Origin: an uncultured virus (IMG/VR IMGVR_UViG_3300027708_001828) | Lineage: Duplodnaviria; Heunggongvirae; Uroviricota; Caudoviricetes | Strand: one strand, 5' to 3' | DNA: 64,000 nucleotides | IMG/VR virus record: IMGVR_UViG_3300027708_001828 | In this document: in pieces, positions 29,690 through 38,279 of the stretch | How positions within the stretch are numbered: position 1 is the stretch's first letter | Layout of the letters: the number at the start of each line of letters is the position of its first letter | Notes under the pieces: model-generated | The model's database searches: none | What the model was told of the DNA's origin: nothing | Seen by the model: only the letters and a program-made list of their open reading frames with translations | Made by a program: the position numbers and the translations under genes

Positions 29690-30636
29690 TTTGGTATCTT
29701 GCTGTCCGCACTACTAACACATCTAGTAGTCACGCATTTTTGTGGCACAGAAAACAAAGTAAATTTTTCTATCGTGCCCAGTGCGGCTTCGTGGCAACTG
29801 TAAGCACGTTTGACTTCCGTACCTTTTATTATAACACTCTGATAACCTGCATTACAAGTCCAATTGGCAAATTGATTAAACCCCAGTGCATTAAACCGTT
29901 CTGCTTGATCTATAAAATAATTTTTATCACCATCCATTAAACGGATTTGATAACCTTCCTGCTGTTCAAAATCGTTTTGCATTATATCAACCATCTCAGC
30001 TGTGTAGCCTTCCACTATGGCGGTGGCACTGTCATTGCTTTGTGGTTTAAGTGTTACATTAATTCCACGAGCTCGAAATCGTTCACAGCGTTCTAGTGTT
30101 TCAAAGAACAGTTCTGGCACCATAACTTGATTAACAGTTACATGAACCCGCTCGTTCATTAACTGTAAACACTTGTCACCGAACTCGTGCTCCTTGGCGA
30201 ACTCTGCATGAAAGCTGGCTGTAATACTGCGGCGCTGTAGACAATCAGTGATGCTACACCAGTTTTTCCACCAGCTGGGTCCCGGACTCAAATTGGTAGT
30301 CATATGTATACTTTGGTAGGGACTTTCTAATTCATCTATATGTTTGATCAATTCGGGCAACTGTTTGTACGCAGTAGGTTCACCTCCTGAGAAGCTCCAG
30401 TGAAATTGGGTGAATCCGTTCAAACGAGCTTGACGTTTTATCTCGTCGACTGTAGTCTTATAGACTTCTAAACTTTGGTAATCCAAATTGTCGCTTCGGG
30501 CATAGGGCCAACAATAGCTACATTTGTAATTACAAAATCTACCTAGGATCCAACTTATGTTAAATAATGGGCGATCCAACATTGTTTGTTGCCCAAAATG
30601 CGTTATGTCTTTGAAAGGAATGATTGCGAAGTTCAT
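29680..30636 (-). CDS. Radical SAM protein with C-terminal twitch domain
   Basis: CNYKCSYC, FSGGEPT, TTN; CNAG...C...C....C. Confidence 0.9.
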   Translation of the reverse strand: MNFAIIPFKDITHFGQQTMLDRPLFNISWILGRFCNYKCSYCWPYARSDNLDYQSLEVYKTTVDEIKRQARLNGFTQFHWSFSGGEPTAYKQLPELIKHIDELESPYQSIHMTTNLSPGPSWWKNWCSITDCLQRRSITASFHAEFAKEHEFGDKCLQLMNERVHVTVNQVMVPELFFETLERCERFRARGINVTLKPQSNDSATAIVEGYTAEMVDIMQNDFEQQEGYQIRLMDGDKNYFIDQAERFNALGFNQFANWTCNAGYQSVIIKGTEVKRAYSCHEAALGTIEKFTLFSVPQKCVTTRCVSSADSKIPKCR

Positions 30637-30664
30637 TGACAGTATTTACAAATGATAGTATAAT
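30636..30664 (+). promoter_or_regulatory. Consensus sigma70 promoter, with an embedded minus-strand TAAATA
   Basis: TTGACA(30636-41)-17 nt-TATAAT(30659-64); TATTTA at 30643-48. Confidence 0.85.
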
Positions 30665-30670
30665 ATACAT

Positions 30671-30766
30671 GTAGACGTGAGTGGAACTTGGTATACCTCC
30701 AGCTTGCTGGGACTGGGCCTGGCCCTTAGGGTGGCTTTGTAGGTTCGAATCCTACCGTCTACACCA
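30671..30766 (+). tRNA. Atypical type II tRNA / tRNA-like RNA (Leu-like body, possible GCT anticodon)
   Basis: 7-bp acceptor GTAGACG/CGTCTAC + A + encoded CCA; T-arm GTAGG-TTCGAAT-CCTAC; D-loop GGAACTTGGTA; long variable arm; irregular anticodon arm. Confidence 0.8.
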
Positions 30767-30795
30767 TTTTACAACTTAGGCAAAGAAAGAGGCAA

Positions 30796-31131
30796 GTGAT
30801 GAAGAAAGTACTTTTTATGTTGTTGTTAGCGGCATCTAGTGCTCAGGCAGAATATCGTGATGAGCCATTCAAAGAGTTCGATGCCACACGCAACCAAGTT
30901 AACCAGGCAACGATCATTTGGCGTCAAGAAGCCAATGTGACAGCGGCATGTGATTTTGAAAGCAAGCGCCGTGGTAACAGCGGATTTGGTTTCAACGTTT
31001 TGGGTTGTGAATTTCATTATGATGTGAACAAGACAAGAGTCTGTACTATAATTACACCACTAAACACCACTTTGACCAATCTAGGACACGAAGTGCGACA
31101 CTGCTTCCAGGGAAGCTGGCACGGCTTTTAA
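30796..31131 (+). CDS. Secreted small protein with HExxH motif
   Basis: Signal peptide MKKVLFMLLLAASSAQA; GHEVRHC. Confidence 0.6.
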   Translation: MMKKVLFMLLLAASSAQAEYRDEPFKEFDATRNQVNQATIIWRQEANVTAACDFESKRRGNSGFGFNVLGCEFHYDVNKTRVCTIITPLNTTLTNLGHEVRHCFQGSWHGF

Positions 31132-31132
31132 T

Positions 31133-31690
31133 ATGAATAAACCAGTAGCAAGTAGCCCTGATCGACATACCTTTCAAAAGGAACGTAGCATCAAACGGGC
31201 AGAAGAAGCGGGCGAAGAGCCTAATCAAGCATACATCGAAATGTGGGAACAGGTTAAAATTGATGATGCCAACAAGATCCACGATCCAGTTTGGCAACGA
31301 AACAATATGGAATACGATTTGCGCTCTAGTAAAGAACTATGCGATAAAGTCAAAGCCAGTGACAACTATGCTCAAAACTTATACGCCGCAATGTGCAACA
31401 TGACTTGGCAAAGCAGAGAGTTTTGGCAAGAGCTAAAAGGTGAAACTTGGAGTTGCAGTTGGCGTCACAGTGGTGGTATAATTGCTGATATGCGTGAACA
31501 AGGTGACTACATTGATTGGTACTGTAGCGGCATTGGTAATGCAGAATTGGGCAACGGATTAGACGGTACTGTGCCAGACACCACTGATGGTCGAGACTAT
31601 GTACCAGAAGGTGTAGTGACTGAAGAAATTGAACTGGATCTAAATCGATTGGGTTGGCGTCCAGTTCCTTGGAGTGATGATGAAGATTGA
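31133..31690 (+). CDS. Hypothetical phage protein
   Basis: 185-aa ORF with YAQNLYAAMCN and WSCSWR motifs. Confidence 0.65.
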   Translation: MNKPVASSPDRHTFQKERSIKRAEEAGEEPNQAYIEMWEQVKIDDANKIHDPVWQRNNMEYDLRSSKELCDKVKASDNYAQNLYAAMCNMTWQSREFWQELKGETWSCSWRHSGGIIADMREQGDYIDWYCSGIGNAELGNGLDGTVPDTTDGRDYVPEGVVTEEIELDLNRLGWRPVPWSDDED

Positions 31691-31704
31691 GATTAAATAG
31701 AATT

Positions 31705-31875
31705 ATGACACATTGGACTATAACAGTTGAAGAAGCAGATGACGGTAGCGGAGATCTAGTTCTCCCACTGCCGCAGGAGATGTTGGATTTGCAAGGATGG
31801 AAAGAAGGAGACACATTGGAATGGAACGATCTAGGTGACGGCTCGTGGACCATTTCAAAGGCAACAAATGGCTAA
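31705..31875 (+). CDS. AbrB/MazE-like swapped-hairpin small protein
   Basis: GDLVLPLPQEML...GWKEGDTLEW; TAAATA 5 nt upstream. Confidence 0.6.
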   Translation: MTHWTITVEEADDGSGDLVLPLPQEMLDLQGWKEGDTLEWNDLGDGSWTISKATNG

Positions 31876-32086
31876 AGACGATATTATAGAATTGACAGGT
31901 TCAGTAGAAGAAGTATTGCCAGGCAACATGTTTAGAGTTAAAGTTGAGAACATGCCCAACCCGTTGCTGTGTTACATGGGTGGCAAATTGAAGCAAAACA
32001 AAATTAGGATCATTCTGGGTGACAACGTTCGTTTAGAAGTTAGTCCATATGATCTTACCAAGGGCAGAGTAACGTATAGGTTGTAA
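31868..32086 (+). CDS. infA: Translation initiation factor IF-1
   Basis: MAKDDIIELTG.V.EVLP..MFRV...IRIILGD.V..EVSPYDLTKGRVTYR, 72 aa. Confidence 0.95.
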   Translation: MAKDDIIELTGSVEEVLPGNMFRVKVENMPNPLLCYMGGKLKQNKIRIILGDNVRLEVSPYDLTKGRVTYRL

Positions 32087-32088
32087 AT

Positions 32089-32751
32089 ATGAACATCATT
32101 CTCGAACGTGTGTATAATGTATGTAAAAAAGTTCGAGAAGATAGTCCCGAACAGACCAATTTTAGAAACCTTATAGGTCGCACCCGCAACACATTCAAAT
32201 TGCACAATTTTGATATTGCAATCAAAAGTAAAAAAGATAAAACTCTAGATCCAGACAAATGGTATGTTGTGGCTTACTATGACAGTGAGAACGACTTCAA
32301 TATGGACACTGCTATTGAAGTTGTGGTACAACACAATCTGCAAGGTACTGAACTATTTGGCCCACATCAAGTAACCAGTTTCCTCACTGAAATATTTGAT
32401 GCCACAGTGCATGAGTTCCGACATCAGTATCAAAGTATGCGCAGAGATCATAATCAGTACGGTGAGCATTTTGATACACCATATGAACTGTACCTTGCCG
32501 ACGATGATGAGTTAGATGCGTATGCGTTTAGCATAGCCATTGAACTGCTACGTACTATGGATGCTGAACGTGCCAAACGGCGTTTATCCAAAATCAGTGT
32601 GTTAAGTAAAATGCGTACAGGCGCCCAATATTCTAGCCCGCAGTTGAGAGCCTACATCGGACATTTTGGGCTCAGCACTCTAACTAAAAAGTTAGCCAAA
32701 AAGGTCTATTTGCACCTACAAACTATTGACAAGCGATTTGTTTTCATGTAA
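32089..32751 (+). CDS. HExxH metallopeptidase-like protein
   Basis: VHEFRHQYQ ... DELDAYA. Confidence 0.6.
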   Translation: MNIILERVYNVCKKVREDSPEQTNFRNLIGRTRNTFKLHNFDIAIKSKKDKTLDPDKWYVVAYYDSENDFNMDTAIEVVVQHNLQGTELFGPHQVTSFLTEIFDATVHEFRHQYQSMRRDHNQYGEHFDTPYELYLADDDELDAYAFSIAIELLRTMDAERAKRRLSKISVLSKMRTGAQYSSPQLRAYIGHFGLSTLTKKLAKKVYLHLQTIDKRFVFM

Positions 32752-32754
32752 AAT
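32726..32754 (+). promoter_or_regulatory. Sigma70 promoter
   Basis: TTGACA-17 nt-TAAAAT overlapping the 3' end of the upstream gene. Confidence 0.75.
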
Positions 32755-32780
32755 AACTGTACAATGAAAGGGCGACCACT

Positions 32781-33032
32781 ATGAGTAAAGCGAAACATAT
32801 TCCCAAACTATTTATTGACGGTGAAACTGCTGATCGTATTACAAGTTTAACGTTGAGAGACTACCGTGCGTATCTCAAGAAAGAATTAAAGCAGTGGAAG
32901 AAGAATCCCAAAAGTGATTCAAACCCAGACGGTTATTGGTTACATCCACACGATGTGGGACTCAATGTGCAAACCATTGCCGCATTGGATTTGATTATCA
33001 GTCATTATGCAGAAGTACCGGAGATCAACTGA
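32781..33032 (+). CDS. Hypothetical protein
   Basis: 83-aa ORF directly after the promoter. Confidence 0.6.
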   Translation: MSKAKHIPKLFIDGETADRITSLTLRDYRAYLKKELKQWKKNPKSDSNPDGYWLHPHDVGLNVQTIAALDLIISHYAEVPEIN

Positions 33033-33253
33033 TGTACAAAACAATTTACACCGAAGTAGAAGTTGATGTTGACTTGAGTGAGTTTGATACAGATGATTTG
33101 ATTGAAGAATTAGAGTCACGTGGGTCTGGTGTTATGGACTATGGTGACGGCAAGGAAGTGCTACAGTCCATATACGAAAAACGCAGGTTAGGGCAGGACT
33201 ATCAACTAGAATTAGAAACATTGATCTATTTGGGATTAGGACGTATCATATGA
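33032..33253 (+). CDS. Hypothetical acidic protein
   Basis: TGATG coupling; MYKTIYTEVEVDVDLSEFDTDDLIEELESRG. Confidence 0.6.
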   Translation: MYKTIYTEVEVDVDLSEFDTDDLIEELESRGSGVMDYGDGKEVLQSIYEKRRLGQDYQLELETLIYLGLGRII

Positions 33254-33465
33254 ATCAATGGATCCTGATCATTGCAATGTACAGCCCCGGCGGAGACTTT
33301 ATAGACAAAAACACTATTGAGTTTAGATCTAAAAAAGATTGTGAAGCAGTAAAAGTACAGTTGGTGCAATTGGATAGTCCAATGCGTGTAAAGCATAAAG
33401 GGCTGTGTGTGACACGAGATCATTGGGAAGGCAAAAAGAAAATGCCCGGTGTTGATTACGATTAA
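33250..33465 (+). CDS. Hypothetical protein
   Basis: ATGA-coupled 71-aa ORF. Confidence 0.55.
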   Translation: MNQWILIIAMYSPGGDFIDKNTIEFRSKKDCEAVKVQLVQLDSPMRVKHKGLCVTRDHWEGKKKMPGVDYD

Positions 33466-33473
33466 GGAACGAT

Positions 33474-34079
33474 ATGAAACAAGAAAACGACGAGTACCTG
33501 TGCAAGGTTTACCCAAAGATGATGGTGAACCGCAACCGGGATATGAAAGAAACTTGCATGTGTTGGGGGTTTGAATGTGGTGATGGCTGGTTCCAAATCC
33601 TAAATCAACTTATGGGTAATATTCAGCATCACATTGATTGGAAGATTAGACAGCGTGAAGTCGCTATCAAATTTAATCAGATGGCTGAACAACTCAAAGC
33701 TGGTGACTCTACACTGTTCGATGAAGATATGAAAGACATGCTAAATCGAGATTACGTAGAAAAACGCAAGCAAGAACTTATTGAAGATCCCCTGCGTGAA
33801 ATTCCTGCAGAGATTCCGCAAGTAACATTGGATCAGGTTAAAGAGAAGTTTGGTACGCTACGCTTCTACTACACAGGTGGTGATGAATATATCTCTGGGC
33901 TGGTTAGCATGGCAGAATCTATGTCAGGTGTAACATGTGAAGAGTGTGGCAAGCCTGGCACACAGACTTCAGGTGGATGGATCAAGACAGTGTGCAAAGA
34001 GCACGGTGGTGTAGATTATGACACTCCGGAAGATGAACTGACAGAAGACCAATTAATTAAACAAGGATTTGAACAATGA
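33474..34079 (+). CDS. Conserved phage hypothetical protein
   Basis: ECGDGW...QVKEKFGTLRFY...CEECG motif, a common phage family. Confidence 0.7.
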   Translation: MKQENDEYLCKVYPKMMVNRNRDMKETCMCWGFECGDGWFQILNQLMGNIQHHIDWKIRQREVAIKFNQMAEQLKAGDSTLFDEDMKDMLNRDYVEKRKQELIEDPLREIPAEIPQVTLDQVKEKFGTLRFYYTGGDEYISGLVSMAESMSGVTCEECGKPGTQTSGGWIKTVCKEHGGVDYDTPEDELTEDQLIKQGFEQ

Positions 34080-34708
34080 TTACACTTAAAGAATGGATGG
34101 AACTAGTCGACTATAAGATTACCGAAGGTAGTGATTATGGTTGGGGTTGCTATGGCCCAAACAGCTTTACACTAGATTCATGGAATGGCGTTCATGGCAA
34201 AGGTGGATACAGTTTCAGTATTGTATTCTCAACCAAAAGCCAAAAGATTTATGAAGTCACTATGTGCGACTATACCAACGACCGTGCGTACAGAATGATC
34301 AATCCCAAGTTCCAAGAAAAACATCGCAAAGAAGCAGAGACTCGCGGTGTCAATCTGAACGAAGCATGGGATAGTGTTGACTACGTTGATTTGGATGTGT
34401 TAGACGACTTTGTCCAAAAAGCCCTAGCCATTCGGGCAGGGGAATCTTATGATACCCGTGTGCAAGTACAGGTTGACTTTTCGGATGAAGATCTGTTACA
34501 ATATATGAAACTGGCACATGAACGTGACGTTACTTTCAATCAATTGATTGAAGAAGCACTGCGCAATGCTATTGAAGAAGTTGAGGCAGGACAGCTTACC
34601 AAAGAAGATGCCAAAAATTGGTTAGCAAGAAACGACTTGCCAAAATTTCCAACCGACTATAAAATAGTAGACTACAAGATAGTAGACGACGATTCAACAG
34701 AGGACTAA
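34076..34708 (+). CDS. Hypothetical protein, possible C-terminal ribbon-helix-helix
   Basis: VQVDFSDEDL..YMKLAHERDVTFNQLIEEAL. Confidence 0.55.
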   Translation: MITLKEWMELVDYKITEGSDYGWGCYGPNSFTLDSWNGVHGKGGYSFSIVFSTKSQKIYEVTMCDYTNDRAYRMINPKFQEKHRKEAETRGVNLNEAWDSVDYVDLDVLDDFVQKALAIRAGESYDTRVQVQVDFSDEDLLQYMKLAHERDVTFNQLIEEALRNAIEEVEAGQLTKEDAKNWLARNDLPKFPTDYKIVDYKIVDDDSTED

Positions 34709-35569
34709 ATGAAAATTAAATTGGTGTCAGATCTCCATTTAGAGTTTGACGACATTAACATTCAAAATGATCAAGACTATGATGTGTTGATCCTAGGTGG
34801 CGATATTATGATCGCCCAGGATCTTCACGATCATCCAGAGTCAACTAATACTAGTGATCAAGCGGCAATTGCCAACGGTACTGGCTTGGGCAAGCGTCAG
34901 CAACGAGCACAGCGATTCCGTGATTTTTTCAAGCGTTGTAGTTTTCAATTTCCTCATGTGATCTACATCATGGGCAATCACGAATTTTACAATGGCAAGT
35001 TCTACGCCAGCGTTGATCATATGCGTGAAGAATGTGCCAAGCATCCCAACGTGTATATGTTGGAACAAGATACAAAGATCATCGATGATGTTGTGTTTGT
35101 AGGCGGAACACTTTGGACCAACATGAACCGGCGTGATCCGCTGACCATGCATGCCATTGAAGGTATGATGAACGACTTCCGTATCATCCGCAACGACTTT
35201 AGAAGTTATGCTACTATGAGTGCGTTGGATGTGGCTATCCGCCACGACAAAACTTTGGCTTACATCAAGCACATTATCCAAGAACACAAGGACAAGAAGT
35301 GCGTTGTGGTGGGACATCATAGTCCCAGTTTCCAAAGTGTACACCCAATGTATGCTCACGAAACTTTGATGAACGGTGGATATCACAGCGACTTGAGTGA
35401 GTTCATTTTAGATCACCCACAGATTAAATTGTGGACACATGGTCACACGCATCATCCGTTTGATTATCAAATCGGTGAAACAAGAGTTGTATGTAACCCA
35501 CGTGGTTACGAAAGTCCAGGCTACAGTGAAGACACTGGCTGGAACCCTAACATTTTATTGGAGATTTAA
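34709..35569 (+). CDS. Calcineurin-like metallophosphoesterase
   Basis: SDLH, GGDI, GNHE, HH.P, HGHTH, NPRGY. Confidence 0.9.
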   Translation: MKIKLVSDLHLEFDDINIQNDQDYDVLILGGDIMIAQDLHDHPESTNTSDQAAIANGTGLGKRQQRAQRFRDFFKRCSFQFPHVIYIMGNHEFYNGKFYASVDHMREECAKHPNVYMLEQDTKIIDDVVFVGGTLWTNMNRRDPLTMHAIEGMMNDFRIIRNDFRSYATMSALDVAIRHDKTLAYIKHIIQEHKDKKCVVVGHHSPSFQSVHPMYAHETLMNGGYHSDLSEFILDHPQIKLWTHGHTHHPFDYQIGETRVVCNPRGYESPGYSEDTGWNPNILLEI

Positions 35570-35743
35570 ATGACTGAAGAACTTAAAAACACAGTAACCG
35601 TTGCAGAAATGCTACGAACCACTGGCAAAAACACAGCCGAGTTTATGGAACAAGTGGCTTCCCATATTGAGAAATTAGAGGAAGGCATTGTACAGTTGCA
35701 GGCTCGAGTGTCTGGATTAGAGAACGCATCCAAATCAGAATGA
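35570..35743 (+). CDS. Small coiled-coil protein (57 aa, not in ORF track)
   Basis: MTEELKNTVTVAEMLRTTGKNTAEFMEQVASHIEKLEEGIVQLQARVSGLENASKSE; GGAG RBS; ATGA-coupled to the next gene. Confidence 0.65.
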   Translation: MTEELKNTVTVAEMLRTTGKNTAEFMEQVASHIEKLEEGIVQLQARVSGLENASKSE

Positions 35744-36150
35744 AGTTCTTTGAACCTCTTCGTGACGATCTGATGGTGCAACAACAGATCAACAATGCCT
35801 GGGAACATATGGTGGGTGTCATCATGCTTAACCAAACTGGTCGCAAACCAGTCAAGATGACCTTACCAGAATTCCTTTATTGGTTTCCTACCCCGCAGGC
35901 CTTGCTCAACGCTGACGAGGACTTTGTCAAAACGATTTTGGCTCCTTTGGGCATGCTGAATGTGCGTTATCAAAGATTGATTGGAATGAGTCGAGATTAC
36001 TTGACTTGGGACGGAGAAGATGCTACAATGTTGTATGGCATTGGCAAGTACGGCAGTGACAGTTATGAAATATTTTTTAAACGCAACTATGCGGTCGAGC
36101 CCAAAGACAAAGAGCTTGTCCGTTATCTACGGGAGGAAGTAAATGTTTGA
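35740..36150 (+). CDS. HhH-GPD DNA glycosylase (MBD4-like)
   Basis: IMLNQT, FPTP, PLG, LYGIGKYGSDSYEIF, PKDKEL. Confidence 0.8.
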   Translation: MKFFEPLRDDLMVQQQINNAWEHMVGVIMLNQTGRKPVKMTLPEFLYWFPTPQALLNADEDFVKTILAPLGMLNVRYQRLIGMSRDYLTWDGEDATMLYGIGKYGSDSYEIFFKRNYAVEPKDKELVRYLREEVNV

Positions 36151-36544
36151 CTGTTTAATTGTAGGAGATAGTATTGGAGTTGGCGTTGCCAACATTCGCA
36201 AAGAATGTGTAGCCTATGTTAAAGGTGGAATCAATTCTAAGCAGTGGTTGGATAAGAATATCCAAAATACTCCGCTGATTGCTAGCCATGTGATCATATC
36301 GCTTGGCTCAAATGATCATCAGTATATTAAAACTGAACAAGAGTTACGCACTATTAGACAGCTGACCAAAGCTGATCGAGTTTACTGGGTTATGCCCAGT
36401 AACAAGTTTCCAGTACAGCGTGATGCTATTTGGCGAATCGCAAATGAATATCACGATACCGTACTTAAAACTGAACGTATGCAAGCAGACAACGTTCATC
36501 CAAGTTGGGCAGGTTATAAAGAAATTGCAGAGGCATCAAAATGA
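36143..36544 (+). CDS. SGNH/GDSL hydrolase
   Basis: GDSI, SLGSND, DNVHP...GY. Confidence 0.8.
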   Translation: MFDCLIVGDSIGVGVANIRKECVAYVKGGINSKQWLDKNIQNTPLIASHVIISLGSNDHQYIKTEQELRTIRQLTKADRVYWVMPSNKFPVQRDAIWRIANEYHDTVLKTERMQADNVHPSWAGYKEIAEASK

Positions 36545-36981
36545 AAATCGGACTAAGTTATAGTCGTTGTGTTCGAGATATTGTAGACGGCAAGGTAGAC
36601 ATCGACGATGTGCTAGTCTTAATTACTCGTACGGATTTTGATCCGCACGATGACGAACAATGGTCGGGCATTTGGATTGGATACGGTGGCGGTACTGACA
36701 ATGCTTACAGTAGCGGCTTCTTTAGCCAATCCAATCCAGAATGGGCAGGTTACCACGACGAGGATCAATTCCGTAGTGTCAGCATTGAACTTTGGGAGTC
36801 TGGCAAGATGCATCAGCCCCGTAAGTTTGGCGCACACCCAAAACGCCGTCCAGAAATTTGGCTAGAAGCTGTGTTGCCCAGCAGTGAATTGGCAAACAAT
36901 CCTGCCGCAAAGACCGCTTGGGATAAATTCCAAACAGTGGCAGGCCTCACTAATGTAGAACTTAATGACAAATACCAATGA
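36541..36981 (+). CDS. Hypothetical protein
   Basis: 146-aa coupled ORF. Confidence 0.6.
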   Translation: MKIGLSYSRCVRDIVDGKVDIDDVLVLITRTDFDPHDDEQWSGIWIGYGGGTDNAYSSGFFSQSNPEWAGYHDEDQFRSVSIELWESGKMHQPRKFGAHPKRRPEIWLEAVLPSSELANNPAAKTAWDKFQTVAGLTNVELNDKYQ

Positions 36982-37382
36982 AACTTTTACCTGCACTTTT
37001 GGTTATCTTGCTGGCGGGTTGCAATAACTCGCCCATTCCTGTGGCTACAGCAGAGCCCATTCAAGAAGCACGGGTAGACAAGCCGCAAGGTTGCGTTATA
37101 GATACCAGCACTCGTTTGGTTACTCAACACCGAGTTGGCAACATCACAAACTTAACCAAAGAAGAAGTAGCCAACGGTTGGGAAAACTCATGCACTGTGC
37201 ATTTTGATATAGAAGTCAATGGTGTTGTGCATCATTTGGACGAAACCGAAAAGGGACTTGAACAAATGGCCAGTATCTGCTACTATGCCAAACAAAAGGC
37301 AAGAGAGAATCTATTGCTGGGATTGGGTGGTGAATTCAAGAGTGAAGCCAAAATCGATTGTGTTATTAAAGATCGAGGTTGA
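36978..37382 (+). CDS. Putative lipoprotein
   Basis: Lipobox LLAGC after a hydrophobic signal. Confidence 0.7.
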   Translation: MKLLPALLVILLAGCNNSPIPVATAEPIQEARVDKPQGCVIDTSTRLVTQHRVGNITNLTKEEVANGWENSCTVHFDIEVNGVVHHLDETEKGLEQMASICYYAKQKARENLLLGLGGEFKSEAKIDCVIKDRG

Positions 37383-37407
37383 CATTCCAGTCTAACTGCT
37401 GTATAAT
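37379..37407 (+). promoter_or_regulatory. Consensus sigma70 promoter
   Basis: TTGACA-17 nt-TATAAT. Confidence 0.85.
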
Positions 37408-37445
37408 AGTAACATGTTCAACAAACACACACAGAAAGGTTTAAT

Positions 37446-37574
37446 ATGTTGAAGTACATTGTGGTTTTTATCGCAGGCGGTATTTTCTTTACAGTTGGGT
37501 TTGGCGGTGTTGCTCGCATGCTGGACAAAGGCGTAGACACAGTTAAAACACAATCAGTGGAGTTGGCAAAATGA
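37446..37574 (+). CDS. Small membrane protein (42 aa, not in ORF track)
   Basis: MLKYIVVFIAGGIFFTVGFGGVARMLDKGVDTVKTQSVELAK; AAAGGT RBS. Confidence 0.65.
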   Translation: MLKYIVVFIAGGIFFTVGFGGVARMLDKGVDTVKTQSVELAK

Positions 37575-37720
37575 ACCAATACAGAATCAAAAATATCATG
37601 TGGACAGTTATCATTATGACATTCTTGATGCTGTTCCTACTCAGTGGTTGTAGCACAGTTTCAGGTATTGGCAAAGACATTTCGTCAACTGCCGAATGGA
37701 CTAAGGAAAAAATGAAATGA
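37571..37720 (+). CDS. Entericidin A/B-like small lipoprotein (49 aa, not in ORF track)
   Basis: ...FLLSGC-STVSGIGKDISS, matching the EcnA/B consensus C-NTxxGxGKD. Confidence 0.7.
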   Translation: MNQYRIKNIMWTVIIMTFLMLFLLSGCSTVSGIGKDISSTAEWTKEKMK

Positions 37721-38268
37721 AAAAGACTCTATTACTATTACCCATTGTTGCTGTCTTAGCCGCTTGTGGTACAACTGATGTGTATCAAAAACGTGCTGAT
37801 CAAGAACGTGAACGCCAAGAACGATATGTTGAACGTGCTATCGACAAGGCTCCGGATTGGATGACCAAAGTTCCATTGAGTAACAGTGCAGTGTTTGAAG
37901 CTGGCTCTGCGGTAAGTGGAGACTTTAGCATGGCAGACATCAAAGCCAAAGCAGATGCCTATGGCAAGATCTGTATGCTGGCAGGTGGTACTGCAACGCA
38001 ACAAACCAAGATCTATCGTACAGACTCGGCCGTTGCCAGCACTGAAATGAGCGAAATGGCTCTGCGTACAAACTGCAAGGAAGTTGACCTTACTGGTGTA
38101 GAAGTACGTGACATCAAGCGCATCGCAGAAGGTGGACGCTTTCGTGTGTTCGTTCTAGTTGCTTTGCCCACAGGTGATGCCAATCTTTTGAAGAAGGCCA
38201 AACTGGCACAGGCTCAACAAGATTTTGCTACTAAACGTGCTCCGGAAGCATTTAAAGAACTTAACTAA
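37717..38268 (+). CDS. Putative lipoprotein (LPP20-like)
   Basis: Lipobox VLAAC; APDW motif. Confidence 0.7.
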   Translation: MKKTLLLLPIVAVLAACGTTDVYQKRADQERERQERYVERAIDKAPDWMTKVPLSNSAVFEAGSAVSGDFSMADIKAKADAYGKICMLAGGTATQQTKIYRTDSAVASTEMSEMALRTNCKEVDLTGVEVRDIKRIAEGGRFRVFVLVALPTGDANLLKKAKLAQAQQDFATKRAPEAFKELN

Positions 38269-38279
38269 AAGGAAAAAAT

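Noticed and set aside
1..30636. RiPP cluster with a precursor peptide
   Set aside because: No short leader/core-type ORF, PqqD/RRE domain, peptidase or exporter was recognised. The 66-aa ORF at 19782 lacks precursor features.
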